In this document: positions 49,642-58,570 of the stretch, one piece after another
How the letters are laid out: each line of letters opens with the position of its first letter
Numbering within the stretch: the stretch's first letter is position 1
Assembly (NCBI GenBank): GCA_963719035.1
Contig: CAVRAO010000012.1
Span: 1 to 64,000, forward strand
Length of the DNA stretch: 64,000 nucleotides
Reading direction: 5' to 3'
Origin: Methanobacteriota archaeon
Lineage (GTDB): Archaea > Halobacteriota > Bog-38 > Methanoflorentales > Methanoflorentaceae
Program-made: the position numbers and the translations under genes
The notes under the pieces: generated by a model
The model's database searches: none
Told to the model about the DNA's origin: nothing
Seen by the model: the letters and a program-made list of their open reading frames with translations, nothing else

Positions 49642-49812
49642 ATGACCGACGATAAAAATAACGGCAGAGAATTGCGCGAACCAGCGACGGAAAGCAAGCG
49701 ATCAAAAAGGCGTTGGGCGCGGGTACAGCGCAGAGAGCTGATAGCGTTCGCGATCATCATCGGTATGTTGATAGTCACCGCCACGCTAATCGTGGTGTAT
49801 TTATTAGTTTAG
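49642..49812 (+). CDS. 56-aa basic single-TM protein (absent from the ORF track)
   Basis: RBS GAGGGGG; MTDDKNNG...KRRWARVQRRELIAFAIIIGMLIVTATLIVVYLLV. Confidence 0.65.
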   Translation: MTDDKNNGRELREPATESKRSKRRWARVQRRELIAFAIIIGMLIVTATLIVVYLLV

Positions 49813-49845
49813 AGGCGATATCGGTCAAAGGAGGTGGTAAGGTAT

Positions 49846-49926
49846 ATGGGCGTCAGGGACTTAGTATGGCTTATTATCGTGATTATAGTCATAGTCGTCG
49901 TTCTGCGTTTTTTGGGTATCCTCTAA
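49846..49926 (+). CDS. 26-aa single-TM peptide
   Basis: RBS AAAGGAGGTG; MGVRDLVWLIIVIIVIVVVLRFLGIL. Confidence 0.7.
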   Translation: MGVRDLVWLIIVIIVIVVVLRFLGIL

Positions 49927-50019
49927 GAGGATTAGACAAATCACTTGCTTATGACGACTGGACGAACGGAATTACCTTAATCATACAAAGCTCGCTTGGC
50001 GTCACACGGCGTATCGTGC

Positions 50020-50304
50020 TTGCAGGCCCCCAAACCGTATCCTACGACCATGATGGGCTTGCGCCTGCCCCACTTATCCGAAAGCCAGCCGGAAAAGATT
50101 TTGAGGATGCTCGCCGTACTCTCTGCTACTCCCTCGATCGCTCCCACGTAACGTAGCTTGCACCGATGACGCTCACGAGGAACAGCGGTATCAGGGGATA
50201 GATCATCTCACTGCTGATATAGTAAAGAGGCTCACCAGCCCCAGGACGATGATGTTTGGTCCCAGACCTGCCAGCATCCGATCCCTCACGTTTGAGCTCC
50301 TCAT
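50020..50304 (-). pseudogene. Truncated, frameshifted MFS transporter relic
   Basis: NIIVLGLVSLFT / ISSEMIYPLIPLFL / GAIEGVAE..SGWLSDKWGRRKP spread over frames. Confidence 0.75.
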
Positions 50305-50854
50305 CTCTTCATTCGAAGGCATATAAGGTCTCGGTCATTTCGCAAAATCATTAACTGTCGTCGCCAGTACACCTTCATCCCGCGCGATTTCACCAGATGG
50401 ATGCTGGCCGACGTAGCGCGACTAAAATAGCGAGTAAAAAAGCGGTAATCACGAGCAATGGGGTCGCATCAAGATACACGGTGACTTCCTCAATCGGCTA
50501 GCGATCTTGTGGGAGTCATCAGCCTTATGCGATTACAGTGAACTCCATCACCCGTATGTGGGACATAACCATGTTCTTACATAGCTATTACTACTATCTC
50601 GCTCCCGCACGAAAAGTGCTTTGGGGACATCAAGTCACTTGGAATGAGTGAATGTATCCAACAAACAGCTGAAATCGAGGACACGAAGTGCGGGAACAGA
50701 CGACACTGAAAGAGAGCGAAAATGTTAAACAGTTGGAATACCAATTGATATATTGACTAAACCCCCTCCTTGCAAGTCGATATGTTGCACGTCTTGTTCT
50801 TGGGCGTGGTTTAGTCTCTCCGCAATTTATTCAATCGATAACCTTACACAATCT

Positions 50855-51388
50855 ATGGTCTTCGGGTTCGGCACGCCAAATGTGCAAAAAATGAGCGAGA
50901 AGCTCGACATTAAAGGGCTCATCAAGGCCTTAGGGTATGAGAAGGACAGTGACGTTCGCCGTGAGGCTGCAAAAGCCCTTGGCAAGATCGGCGATAGCAG
51001 GGCAGTGGAACCGCTGATAAATGCGCTCAACGACTCTGACAGTGACGTTCGCCGTGAGGCTGCAAAAGCCCTTGGCAAGATCGGCGATAGCAGGTCAGTG
51101 GAACCGCTGATAAATGCGCTCAACGACTATGAAAGTCGGGTCCGCTTATGGGCTGCGACCTCCCTTTCTAAGATAGGTAAACCAGCCTTTGAGCCGTTGA
51201 TAAAAGCGCTCAACGACTCTAACAATGAAGTTCGATGTGCGGCTGCTAAAGCCCTTGGTGAGATCGGCGACAGCAGGGCAGTGGAGACCTTAACTAAGGC
51301 GTTAGACGATACTTGCGTGGATGTTGGCACGAGTGCAAAGGAAGCCCTTCACAAGATGAGCATCAACAGAGGATGCTGTATGGTATAA
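50855..51388 (+). CDS. PBS-lyase HEAT-repeat protein
   Basis: VR.EAA.ALGKIGD.RAVEPLI.AL.D repeats. Confidence 0.9.
   Translation: MVFGFGTPNVQKMSEKLDIKGLIKALGYEKDSDVRREAAKALGKIGDSRAVEPLINALNDSDSDVRREAAKALGKIGDSRSVEPLINALNDYESRVRLWAATSLSKIGKPAFEPLIKALNDSNNEVRCAAAKALGEIGDSRAVETLTKALDDTCVDVGTSAKEALHKMSINRGCCMV
50945..51128 (+). repeat. Near-identical 93-bp tandem duplication (one HEAT unit)
   Basis: GACAGTGACGTTCGCCG...CTCAACGACT twice, one mismatch. Confidence 0.9.
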
Positions 51389-51760
51389 CCCTCACTTAAT
51401 GCGCCGAGTTCCATAGGTGCCAGTTGGGCTCAGTAGGCCATCTACAGACGAATACGTGATCTTATTTGGGGAAACAGCGCCTATAGAAAGCGATCAACCG
51501 AAACTCCTCACTTCTCGTAATAGTTCACTTCTGAGGAAGAATTTTCCGGCAAAATCTTACCTCTTCCAAAAGAGTAACAATAGGTGATAGACTTAAGCGT
51601 TATCGTTTTGGTTGCTAGATGTATCCTCACTCATATCTTCTTGTGGCTAGACGTAAATGGAATCCGCTAAATGCTTGAAATCGAAAAAAGAAACAATAAG
51701 CTAGAAGATGAGGATTAGATTATAGGGACCCATTTCTAACTTTTTTAATCAACAAGTCTG

Positions 51761-52294
51761 CTATGCGGTTATAGTAATCTTTGACTGTATTTGCGAAGGT
51801 TGATAACAACTATCACCCGCAAATTTTAGTATGACGTCGTACGTGCCCGGATTCAAGCTGCTTGTGTCGAGATACGCTGTATAAAAACAGTCGGAACCTC
51901 CAGACGATACCGCGCCAATTGTCGCAGAGACCGTTCCGTGGCCACAAATCCGGATCCCTGACGCAAGAACATTGATTCCCATACTGGTTCCCTTTGCCAC
52001 ATTTGGATCGCTGACGAATTGTATTGAGGTCGCTATCATCGCTGAAGGTGTAGGCGTCGTTGCAGTTGGCGATGCGCTCGGTGATGGTGCAACTGTGGGA
52101 GAAGTTGTGGCGGCTGTGGTGGTGGCAGCTGTGGTGGTGGGAGCTGTGGTGGTGGCCGATATAGTAGTCGAAGAATTCGTGCTTGGCATAGCACTTGGTG
52201 TTTGATTAGTATTGCTTGTCGTGCAACCCGCTACTAAAATAGAAGCAACCACGAGCAATAGAACAGCTATCGCAGTTATTAGTTTTAGTTGCAT
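51761..52294 (-). CDS. Lipoprotein with Thr-rich linker and Ig-like domain
   Basis: LVAGC lipobox; TTAAT repeats; PGTY.V..KFAGD..YQPS. Confidence 0.8.
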   Translation of the reverse strand: MQLKLITAIAVLLLVVASILVAGCTTSNTNQTPSAMPSTNSSTTISATTTAPTTTAATTTAATTSPTVAPSPSASPTATTPTPSAMIATSIQFVSDPNVAKGTSMGINVLASGIRICGHGTVSATIGAVSSGGSDCFYTAYLDTSSLNPGTYDVILKFAGDSCYQPSQIQSKITITA

Positions 52295-52391
52295 ATGCTA
52301 ATGCAAGAGGCGAATGTTGGCTTAACGTTTACTGTTTAGAGAGATTAAATGGAACGCGTTATACACTCCTTATATTCCTTGAACAACCGCG

Positions 52392-52763
52392 TTATGATCT
52401 CGTCATACGTTTCGCCTTTCTCACGATGACTTGGGAGAGAGCTTCAATCTCCTCGGACCGAACCTCTTGCATCCCGCGTTTGATGATTCCTTCCCTTGTT
52501 GCAACAATGTACACATCTGGTCTCGTTCCGATCGTATCCATTCTCTTTTTTACACAGCACTCCTCACACCCATCTACCGCGACGAGATTTTCCTCGTCTT
52601 GGAGTTCCTCCTCCAGCGGACGTTTCAGGGCGGTAAGATGGAGATGACGAGCAATCAGTTTCGGATGTCGGTAACGGAGCCAGGTTCCGGTCCTGGTGGT
52701 GAGCTGCCCCGTATGGGAGATCCCAGAGCATGTCAGGAGGAGGACCTGCCGGTCATCCTTCAT
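52392..52763 (-). CDS. DGC-domain putative zinc-binding protein
   Basis: CSG.S..GQL and AVDGCEECC motifs. Confidence 0.85.
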   Translation of the reverse strand: MKDDRQVLLLTCSGISHTGQLTTRTGTWLRYRHPKLIARHLHLTALKRPLEEELQDEENLVAVDGCEECCVKKRMDTIGTRPDVYIVATREGIIKRGMQEVRSEEIEALSQVIVRKAKRMTRS

Positions 52764-52938
52764 GCTGTTTCCTCTCGTTGTCGAACTACTAGTAGATTCA
52801 TTCGGTTCCCTGATCCGGACTATTGATTAAAAGTTTATTGGAATTCCTAACACCTTAGAACGCCCATGATCGCATTTGCGACGATCTGCTTAGTTTCTCC
52901 CCTATACTGCAGATGGCAGCTAACAACGAATCTTAATC

Positions 52939-53801
52939 CTACCAGCTTTCGGCTGTTGCATCTGCGGGCTGCGGCTTAGTCCCTACCACTTTTATGCTCC
53001 GCACCGCATCCGCGACGTCACGTAGCTCCTCAGAGGTGAGCACCACACGTTGTTCGATCGCTTGTGCAGACGGGTCATTCGCCATACACTCAAGCGAAAA
53101 GGGCGTCTCATCATCGACCCGCGCACCCTCAAATCCGGCATCACGAATGGCCTGCAGATAGGCGTCTTTTAAGATCGCCCCAGATAAACATCCAACATAC
53201 GCGTCAATCGACTGTTGCACGGCATCAGGCAGTTCCTTGAGTACGACGATATCGGAAACGGCAATGCGGCCGCCAGGCTTGATACCCTGAATGCTTCGCT
53301 AAAGACGGCCCCTTTATCGGGGGTCAGATTGATCACGCAGTTAGAGATCACAACATCAACAGAGTTGTCTGCAGCAGGCAGATGCTCAAGCTCCCCGAGC
53401 CTAAACTCGACGTTTTCGTAGCCACCAGAGCGCGCGTTCGCCCTCGCCTTGTCGATCATAGCGGGCGTCATGTCAACGCCGATAACCCTTCCCCCTTCGC
53501 CTACAATGTTGGCAGCGAGGAAACAGTCAAACCCAGCGCCCGACCCTAAGTCGAGCACGGTCTCGCCTTCTTTGAGTGTGGCTAACGCAGTTGGATTTCC
53601 ACAACCAAGGCCAAGATTTGCCCCATCAGGGACCGAGCGTAGCTCTTCATCCCCGTACCCAACGGCCTTGCTAAGCTCGTAAGCTCGATCGGCGCTGCCA
53701 CAGCAGCCGCCTACTGGGATAAGCGTCAGGGGGTCGCGTTCACGCTTCGCAACCTTTGCATATGCGTCTCTCACGACGCGTTTAACCTTGTCTTCTTCCA
53801 T
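52939..53801 (-). pseudogene. arsM: Arsenite methyltransferase, copy 2, one-base deletion at RV(L)KPGG (~53283)
   Basis: Paralog of 38690; the halves join if one C is restored (GTA cTC AAG CCT GGC GGC). Confidence 0.85.
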
Positions 53802-53819
53802 GTTACATACTCCTCCTTT

Positions 53820-54083
53820 TTAGTGTAAGCCCATAAAGATGGGGCCGAGCACGTCTTTTACCGTTCCTGAGAGCGCATCAGCTTTGATAAGCGAGATGCA
53901 ACAGACCGATCCGTCACGCTCGTGGCCCACCAGAGCTAGCTTATCTCCTGCGTGGATACCAGCGCGCTCGCGCAGCTCTTTTGGCAGCACCATCTGTCCG
54001 CGCTCATCAATGCTAATGACTGCTTCGACCTTGCAGGTAGTGCTATCGCTTTCAGGCGTACAACAAACGTCTTTATCAGTCAT
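53820..54083 (-). CDS. AbrB-type Cys-rich regulator (HgcC-like), copy 2
   Basis: CC..CKVEAVISIDERGQMVLPKELR...CC motif. Confidence 0.85.
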   Translation of the reverse strand: MTDKDVCCTPESDSTTCKVEAVISIDERGQMVLPKELRERAGIHAGDKLALVGHERDGSVCCISLIKADALSGTVKDVLGPIFMGLH

Positions 54084-54107
54084 GATAATCCTGAACGTAC
54101 TTTGATG

Positions 54108-54150
54108 TTCAGCCTACTTAAATATTTCTGTAAAATCAGAATAATCGGAA
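54108..54150 (-). promoter_or_regulatory. Second copy of the TTC(T/C)GA 9-bp-period operator plus TATA
   Basis: Minus strand reads TTCCGATTA TTCTGATTT TACAGAAATATTTAAGTAGGCTGAA. Confidence 0.6.
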
Positions 54151-54462
54151 TAATGTGCAGAAATATAGGATTTCGAGAACGATAGTTTATCTAGCGCTCC
54201 GACGAACCTCGTCGCCCAGTGAGCGGTATTGGGTTTTACCAACTGAGCGTATTCCACTAACCCCGCGATTACTCCACTATTTTCAAGTTACATTTCCTAT
54301 GACGATTTCAAAGACGTATCGAATTGAACGACGTAAATCCACAGCTATAAATAACATCAATATATGCAAATATGAATATATAAGGGCATTATAATGTAGG
54401 GCACATTGTCTGGAGGTAATGGGCTAGCCGATAATTGTTCACATATTTTCGAGGTAATCAGA

Positions 54463-55422
54463 ATGCCACGATCGGCCCAAAGGATGACATTGTTGCTGCT
54501 GTCTATCATTGCTGCATTGTTGCTCGTAAGTTCCACAATAATTAATACGTCGGCAACCACCATCGTCCAACTCCAGCCTAACACGGCTAATTCGGGTGAC
54601 AAGGTGTTAGTGTCAGCCAACATGGCGCGAAATGCAAGTACGGTCACGCTTTCGTATTACGCTGATTTAAACAAGAACGGCAAGGAAGACGACGGCAGCG
54701 CGTCGGTGAAAATAGCGAACGTCACTGATGGACGCGCAAACGATGCTGACAACTCTACCAATGGTTTCATACTTTTCTCGTGGCTAACTCCACAATTCGC
54801 CCCTGGGCAGTACTTCCTCAAAGTTGAAGATCCAAATGGACCGACAAGAACCACTGTTTTGACTGTACAGAATGCTCAGCTCAAGCTGATACCAACGATC
54901 TACGGGCCAAACATCAAGACGGACAAAGGACTGATTAAACCAGGAGACACTTTTTCTGTAAGTACGCAGGTGACTGGTAACTGCCGCCTTTGTCATACGA
55001 CAGATAATCCGACGACGCAAAACCCAGGCGTAGATGAACAAAAGGTCAAAAAGGCGTTTTCTGCCGATTTAAGTCAAATTACAGGGAGTCCAAGCGATAC
55101 TGCCGTTGCTCCCGATTATGTGCATCACCTTTTAATCCAATGGATGCCTCTTGCGAGCAAAACGCTTGCCGATAATAAGACTGTCAGTATCACCGTTACT
55201 GGCACTAATCCTGCTGGCAACTTAACAACACAATCGATAGCGTTCGCCGGCGTAAACAAAGCAGTCAATATACCACCAAAGTCAACAAACGAAGACAATC
55301 AGAGCAATACTGCTTCAGCACAATCAACTGGTTCGACAAGCAGCCCACTGCCTGGATTTGAAGCAGTGTTTGTCGTGTTAGGATTGACTTTTGTAGCTTA
55401 TTTGGTGAATAGAAGGCGATAG
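54463..55422 (+). CDS. Secreted PGF-CTERM surface protein with one CxxCH motif
   Basis: Signal peptide; CRLCH; C-terminal PGFE..TM..RRR. Confidence 0.85.
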   Translation: MPRSAQRMTLLLLSIIAALLLVSSTIINTSATTIVQLQPNTANSGDKVLVSANMARNASTVTLSYYADLNKNGKEDDGSASVKIANVTDGRANDADNSTNGFILFSWLTPQFAPGQYFLKVEDPNGPTRTTVLTVQNAQLKLIPTIYGPNIKTDKGLIKPGDTFSVSTQVTGNCRLCHTTDNPTTQNPGVDEQKVKKAFSADLSQITGSPSDTAVAPDYVHHLLIQWMPLASKTLADNKTVSITVTGTNPAGNLTTQSIAFAGVNKAVNIPPKSTNEDNQSNTASAQSTGSTSSPLPGFEAVFVVLGLTFVAYLVNRRR

Positions 55423-55424
55423 TT

Positions 55425-56011
55425 ATGCGAAAACATATTTCCACAGTAATCGTGGTCGGACTACTGCTTGTGGCGATGATCTTCGCTGCAGGGTGTACCT
55501 CCAGCGATAACTCACCTACTCCAAGCGTCCCTTCGGCGACAAGGGATCCAAAGTTCGTTCCAAAAAACATATCAGGATATCGTACCTCTCGGACCGCTCT
55601 GTGGGTATCTCGATACAGTACCCCTCTTCGTGGCAAGCGAAAAATGGTTCAGGCTACGAGATCGTTAGTTTTAACGTGAGTGGATCCCCCAGTATGTCGT
55701 TTACGATTTATACCCAGGACTTTTCAGGGACATCGACAACGCTTAACGACTTCTCGCAGAGTGCGCTGCCAACGAATTTGACTAACTTCAAGCTGCTCAA
55801 CTCCACCAATACCACGCTTTCGGGTTATCCTGCCAAGAAGCACGTATTTACATTCATGACTTTCGATAGTGCGACTGCACAAGGCATGCTTCAGCTCACT
55901 TTGGTTAACAGAACTGGTTATATGTTGCTGTATGTAGCGACGCAGGACGTTTACCCGAATTACCTGGGAATTGTGCAAAACATGACGCAGTCGTTTAACG
56001 CAGTCAAGTGA
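55425..56011 (+). pseudogene. PsbP-like-domain lipoprotein split by a 1-bp deletion (~55586)
   Basis: FAAGC lipobox; Y.D...GISIQYP..W, TTLSGYPA and M.QSF motifs. Confidence 0.75.
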
Positions 56012-56133
56012 CTAGGCCAAGGCACCAATCCCAACACTGTTTCCAAATCCGGCGGTTGACTTTTCGCAGTCTCTGCGCTATCTGGAAAAAAAACAGAAAA
56101 ACTACATTTATTCAGGAAAGAGAGGGATAACAA

Positions 56134-56664
56134 ATGTTCCTCAGTGACTATACCGTAAGGTTAGTTCTCTCAGACTGCAATCCTTCATCTCAAAAGGTGA
56201 ACGCCCTCGTGGATCTATCTGAGGACATTAGCGAGGTACTTCCCTATCTCAACACCGTTCTGAAAGGATTGCAGTATGATCAGGATGAGAAGTTCTTAAC
56301 CGTGAGGAAAGAAGGGCGCTTGATTACCTTCAGGTCAAAACAGATAGCAGTCGCTAAACTAGAGGATGAAAATGAAGCAAGGTCGGTCATGGAAGAATTG
56401 AAAGAGATTGTGAATGCGACTTACGCGAATAGAGATCATATCAAACCGACCTATAGTTCTAGACCGGCCCCCCGGCCTCTTGAGATCTTTAAACTCATGC
56501 CGGGAAATAACTGTAAAGAATGTGGGGAGCCAACCTGCATGACCTTCGCTTTAAAACTGGGTAATGACGAAGTGAAACTAAGCCAGTGTCCGTTGCTCTT
56601 CAAAAAAGAATTTGAAGTAAACCGTTCTATACTAAACGAGATCTTGCCCGACTTGGAAATATGA
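56134..56664 (+). CDS. Fe-S cluster domain protein
   Basis: PYLN; MPGNNCKECGEPTCMTFA...CP.L. Confidence 0.85.
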   Translation: MFLSDYTVRLVLSDCNPSSQKVNALVDLSEDISEVLPYLNTVLKGLQYDQDEKFLTVRKEGRLITFRSKQIAVAKLEDENEARSVMEELKEIVNATYANRDHIKPTYSSRPAPRPLEIFKLMPGNNCKECGEPTCMTFALKLGNDEVKLSQCPLLFKKEFEVNRSILNEILPDLEI

Positions 56665-56840
56665 CGTGGAAAAGAAGGAGCCTTTGTACAAAAGAAAAAC
56701 AATAAAATTAGCTTTTTGTACCTTCGGACGATGCTGTTTCTTATCGGATCTTTATAACCTCAAATAGGCTGTCGATCGCAGTGGCATCTTTTCACTCTTT
56801 TCTATAGCGCAAGACAACCCAGCCTCCGATCGGTGGCCCT

Positions 56841-57638
56841 CTAAATCTCCTTCCCCTTGTTCACCGCGCGTAACGTACCTCGTCGGCCCCACGTTACCTC
56901 GAAACCTCGCGCTGTCAACACGTCTGCAATTTTTGCACCATCTCGGGCATACTTGACGACGATGGCTCCGATCCGATCAAAAACGTTTTGCGGGGTATGC
57001 GTAAGGATGTCGAGTTCAGCGCCTTCACAATGCATTTTAAGAAAATCGATGCGGTCGAGCCCATTGGAACTGAAGACATCCGCGAGCGTGACAGATTCGA
57101 CGTCAATGGCGCTGACAAAACCCCGGCCGTTCGACGGATAGAACGTGTGTCCGTAACTCTTTTTCTCAGAAATCCACAGCCTCTTAATGCCGCGTGAATC
57201 ACTGACCGCTTGCCTGAGCGCTTTGACGTTGTTTAGCCCGTTAAGAGCTATGTTTTTCTGCAAAAGCCCAAAATTGCGAGGATCCGGTTCGTAACAGATT
57301 ACAGTGTCGCTTGACGTGGTCGCTTGTACGGTAAATACTCCTATGTGTGCCCCGATATCAACCACCGTTCCGTACACGGGCCATTGTGAGTATAGGTCGT
57401 TGCGAAGGATCTCGTTAAGGATTGACAAATCCCCCATTTTAGGACGGAGAACGTATTTTAAGCCATTTCGCGTGGTTATCAGTGTCCCACCGTCCATCGG
57501 TGCAGATGGAAAGAAACGGATGAATAGTGGTACGTACCAGTTTCTTACGAGTACGACTATTCCAATGAACGCGTTTATAAGCGCAGCTATTCCCTTGACG
57601 TAAGAGAACAAGCGTTTGACCGCCCCCACTAGCACCAC
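56841..57638 (-). CDS. FkbM family methyltransferase
   Basis: VDIGAHIG, YEP, N..LN and KM.CEGAE motifs. Confidence 0.88.
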   Translation of the reverse strand: MVLVGAVKRLFSYVKGIAALINAFIGIVVLVRNWYVPLFIRFFPSAPMDGGTLITTRNGLKYVLRPKMGDLSILNEILRNDLYSQWPVYGTVVDIGAHIGVFTVQATTSSDTVICYEPDPRNFGLLQKNIALNGLNNVKALRQAVSDSRGIKRLWISEKKSYGHTFYPSNGRGFVSAIDVESVTLADVFSSNGLDRIDFLKMHCEGAELDILTHTPQNVFDRIGAIVVKYARDGAKIADVLTARGFEVTWGRRGTLRAVNKGKEI

Positions 57639-57818
57639 CTCAATTGTGCAGACACACGATTAAACTCTCTCAAAACTAAATGCCGCAGCATTATCTTTCG
57701 GTTATTTTTTCGCGGTCATTTTGTCACCTATTGGGCGCGAAAGTTAGGGTCGGATCGTTAGTATATTAGATGGCATTTTCCAAAAATCCTCAAAAATCTA
57801 AGAGGCACGTCTGAATAT

Positions 57819-58442
57819 TCATATTACCGACTGCTTCCCTCTTAGTTTATCCAAAGCGATTAAGGCCGCCGTTTGAACAGGCAGTATGGTGTCGCTCTGC
57901 AACTCTTTTAACGGCTCCACTGCGCGTAAATCGCCAAGCTCTCCAAGTGACGTGGCCGCTGCTATTCGGACATCATAAACAGGATCACGCAATGCATCGA
58001 TGAGCGGGGGAACCCCTCTAATGTCGGACAACTTGCCAAGAGCTTCAACCGCCGCTCTTCGAACCTCCCATTCATCATCTGAGAGCACCTCGATGAGGGA
58101 TGGCACAGCCTGTCGTTCTCCGACCTTACCAAGGGCAACCGCAGCTATCGTGCGGATTTCTTCGTTTTTATTTCCAAGAACGTGTATGAGTGTGTTGACT
58201 GCTTTTTGATCGGCTATCTCGCCAAGCGCTTCTGCCGCTTTGACTCGGACAAACTCTCGTTCATCCCCCAGCGCTTTTGTAAGTGCTGGTACTGCTCGTT
58301 GCGCTCGAGCAACACCTAAAGCCCTTGCAGAAGCGGCACGCACGCGGTAATCGCGTTTGTATTGGAGGGCTCTTATAAGCCCAGCACTGTCTCCGTTTGC
58401 AGCTAGTTTTGCTATATTTGGTTTGAATAATGCTAGGACCAT
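57819..58442 (-). CDS. PBS-lyase HEAT-repeat protein
   Basis: HEAT repeats; N-terminal PNI.KL...D..GLIRAL shared with 50855. Confidence 0.9.
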   Translation of the reverse strand: MVLALFKPNIAKLAANGDSAGLIRALQYKRDYRVRAASARALGVARAQRAVPALTKALGDEREFVRVKAAEALGEIADQKAVNTLIHVLGNKNEEIRTIAAVALGKVGERQAVPSLIEVLSDDEWEVRRAAVEALGKLSDIRGVPPLIDALRDPVYDVRIAAATSLGELGDLRAVEPLKELQSDTILPVQTAALIALDKLRGKQSVI

Positions 58443-58570
58443 TTTTTTTCTCAGGAACGATCCGATACGAGCCGATCGTCGAAGCGTGACAAATAATGAG
58501 GACTATAACGTCAGACGACACAATTGAAACCCGCAATATCAACGTGTCAAGAGGCTGTCAAGTCGCTCTA

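Noticed and set aside
49713-50156. 147-aa ORF in the track
   Set aside because: It overlaps two better RBS-supported micro-ORFs and an antisense MFS relic
38400-54083. Mercury methylation locus
   Set aside because: HgcC-like genes are present but hgcA and hgcB are not in the window
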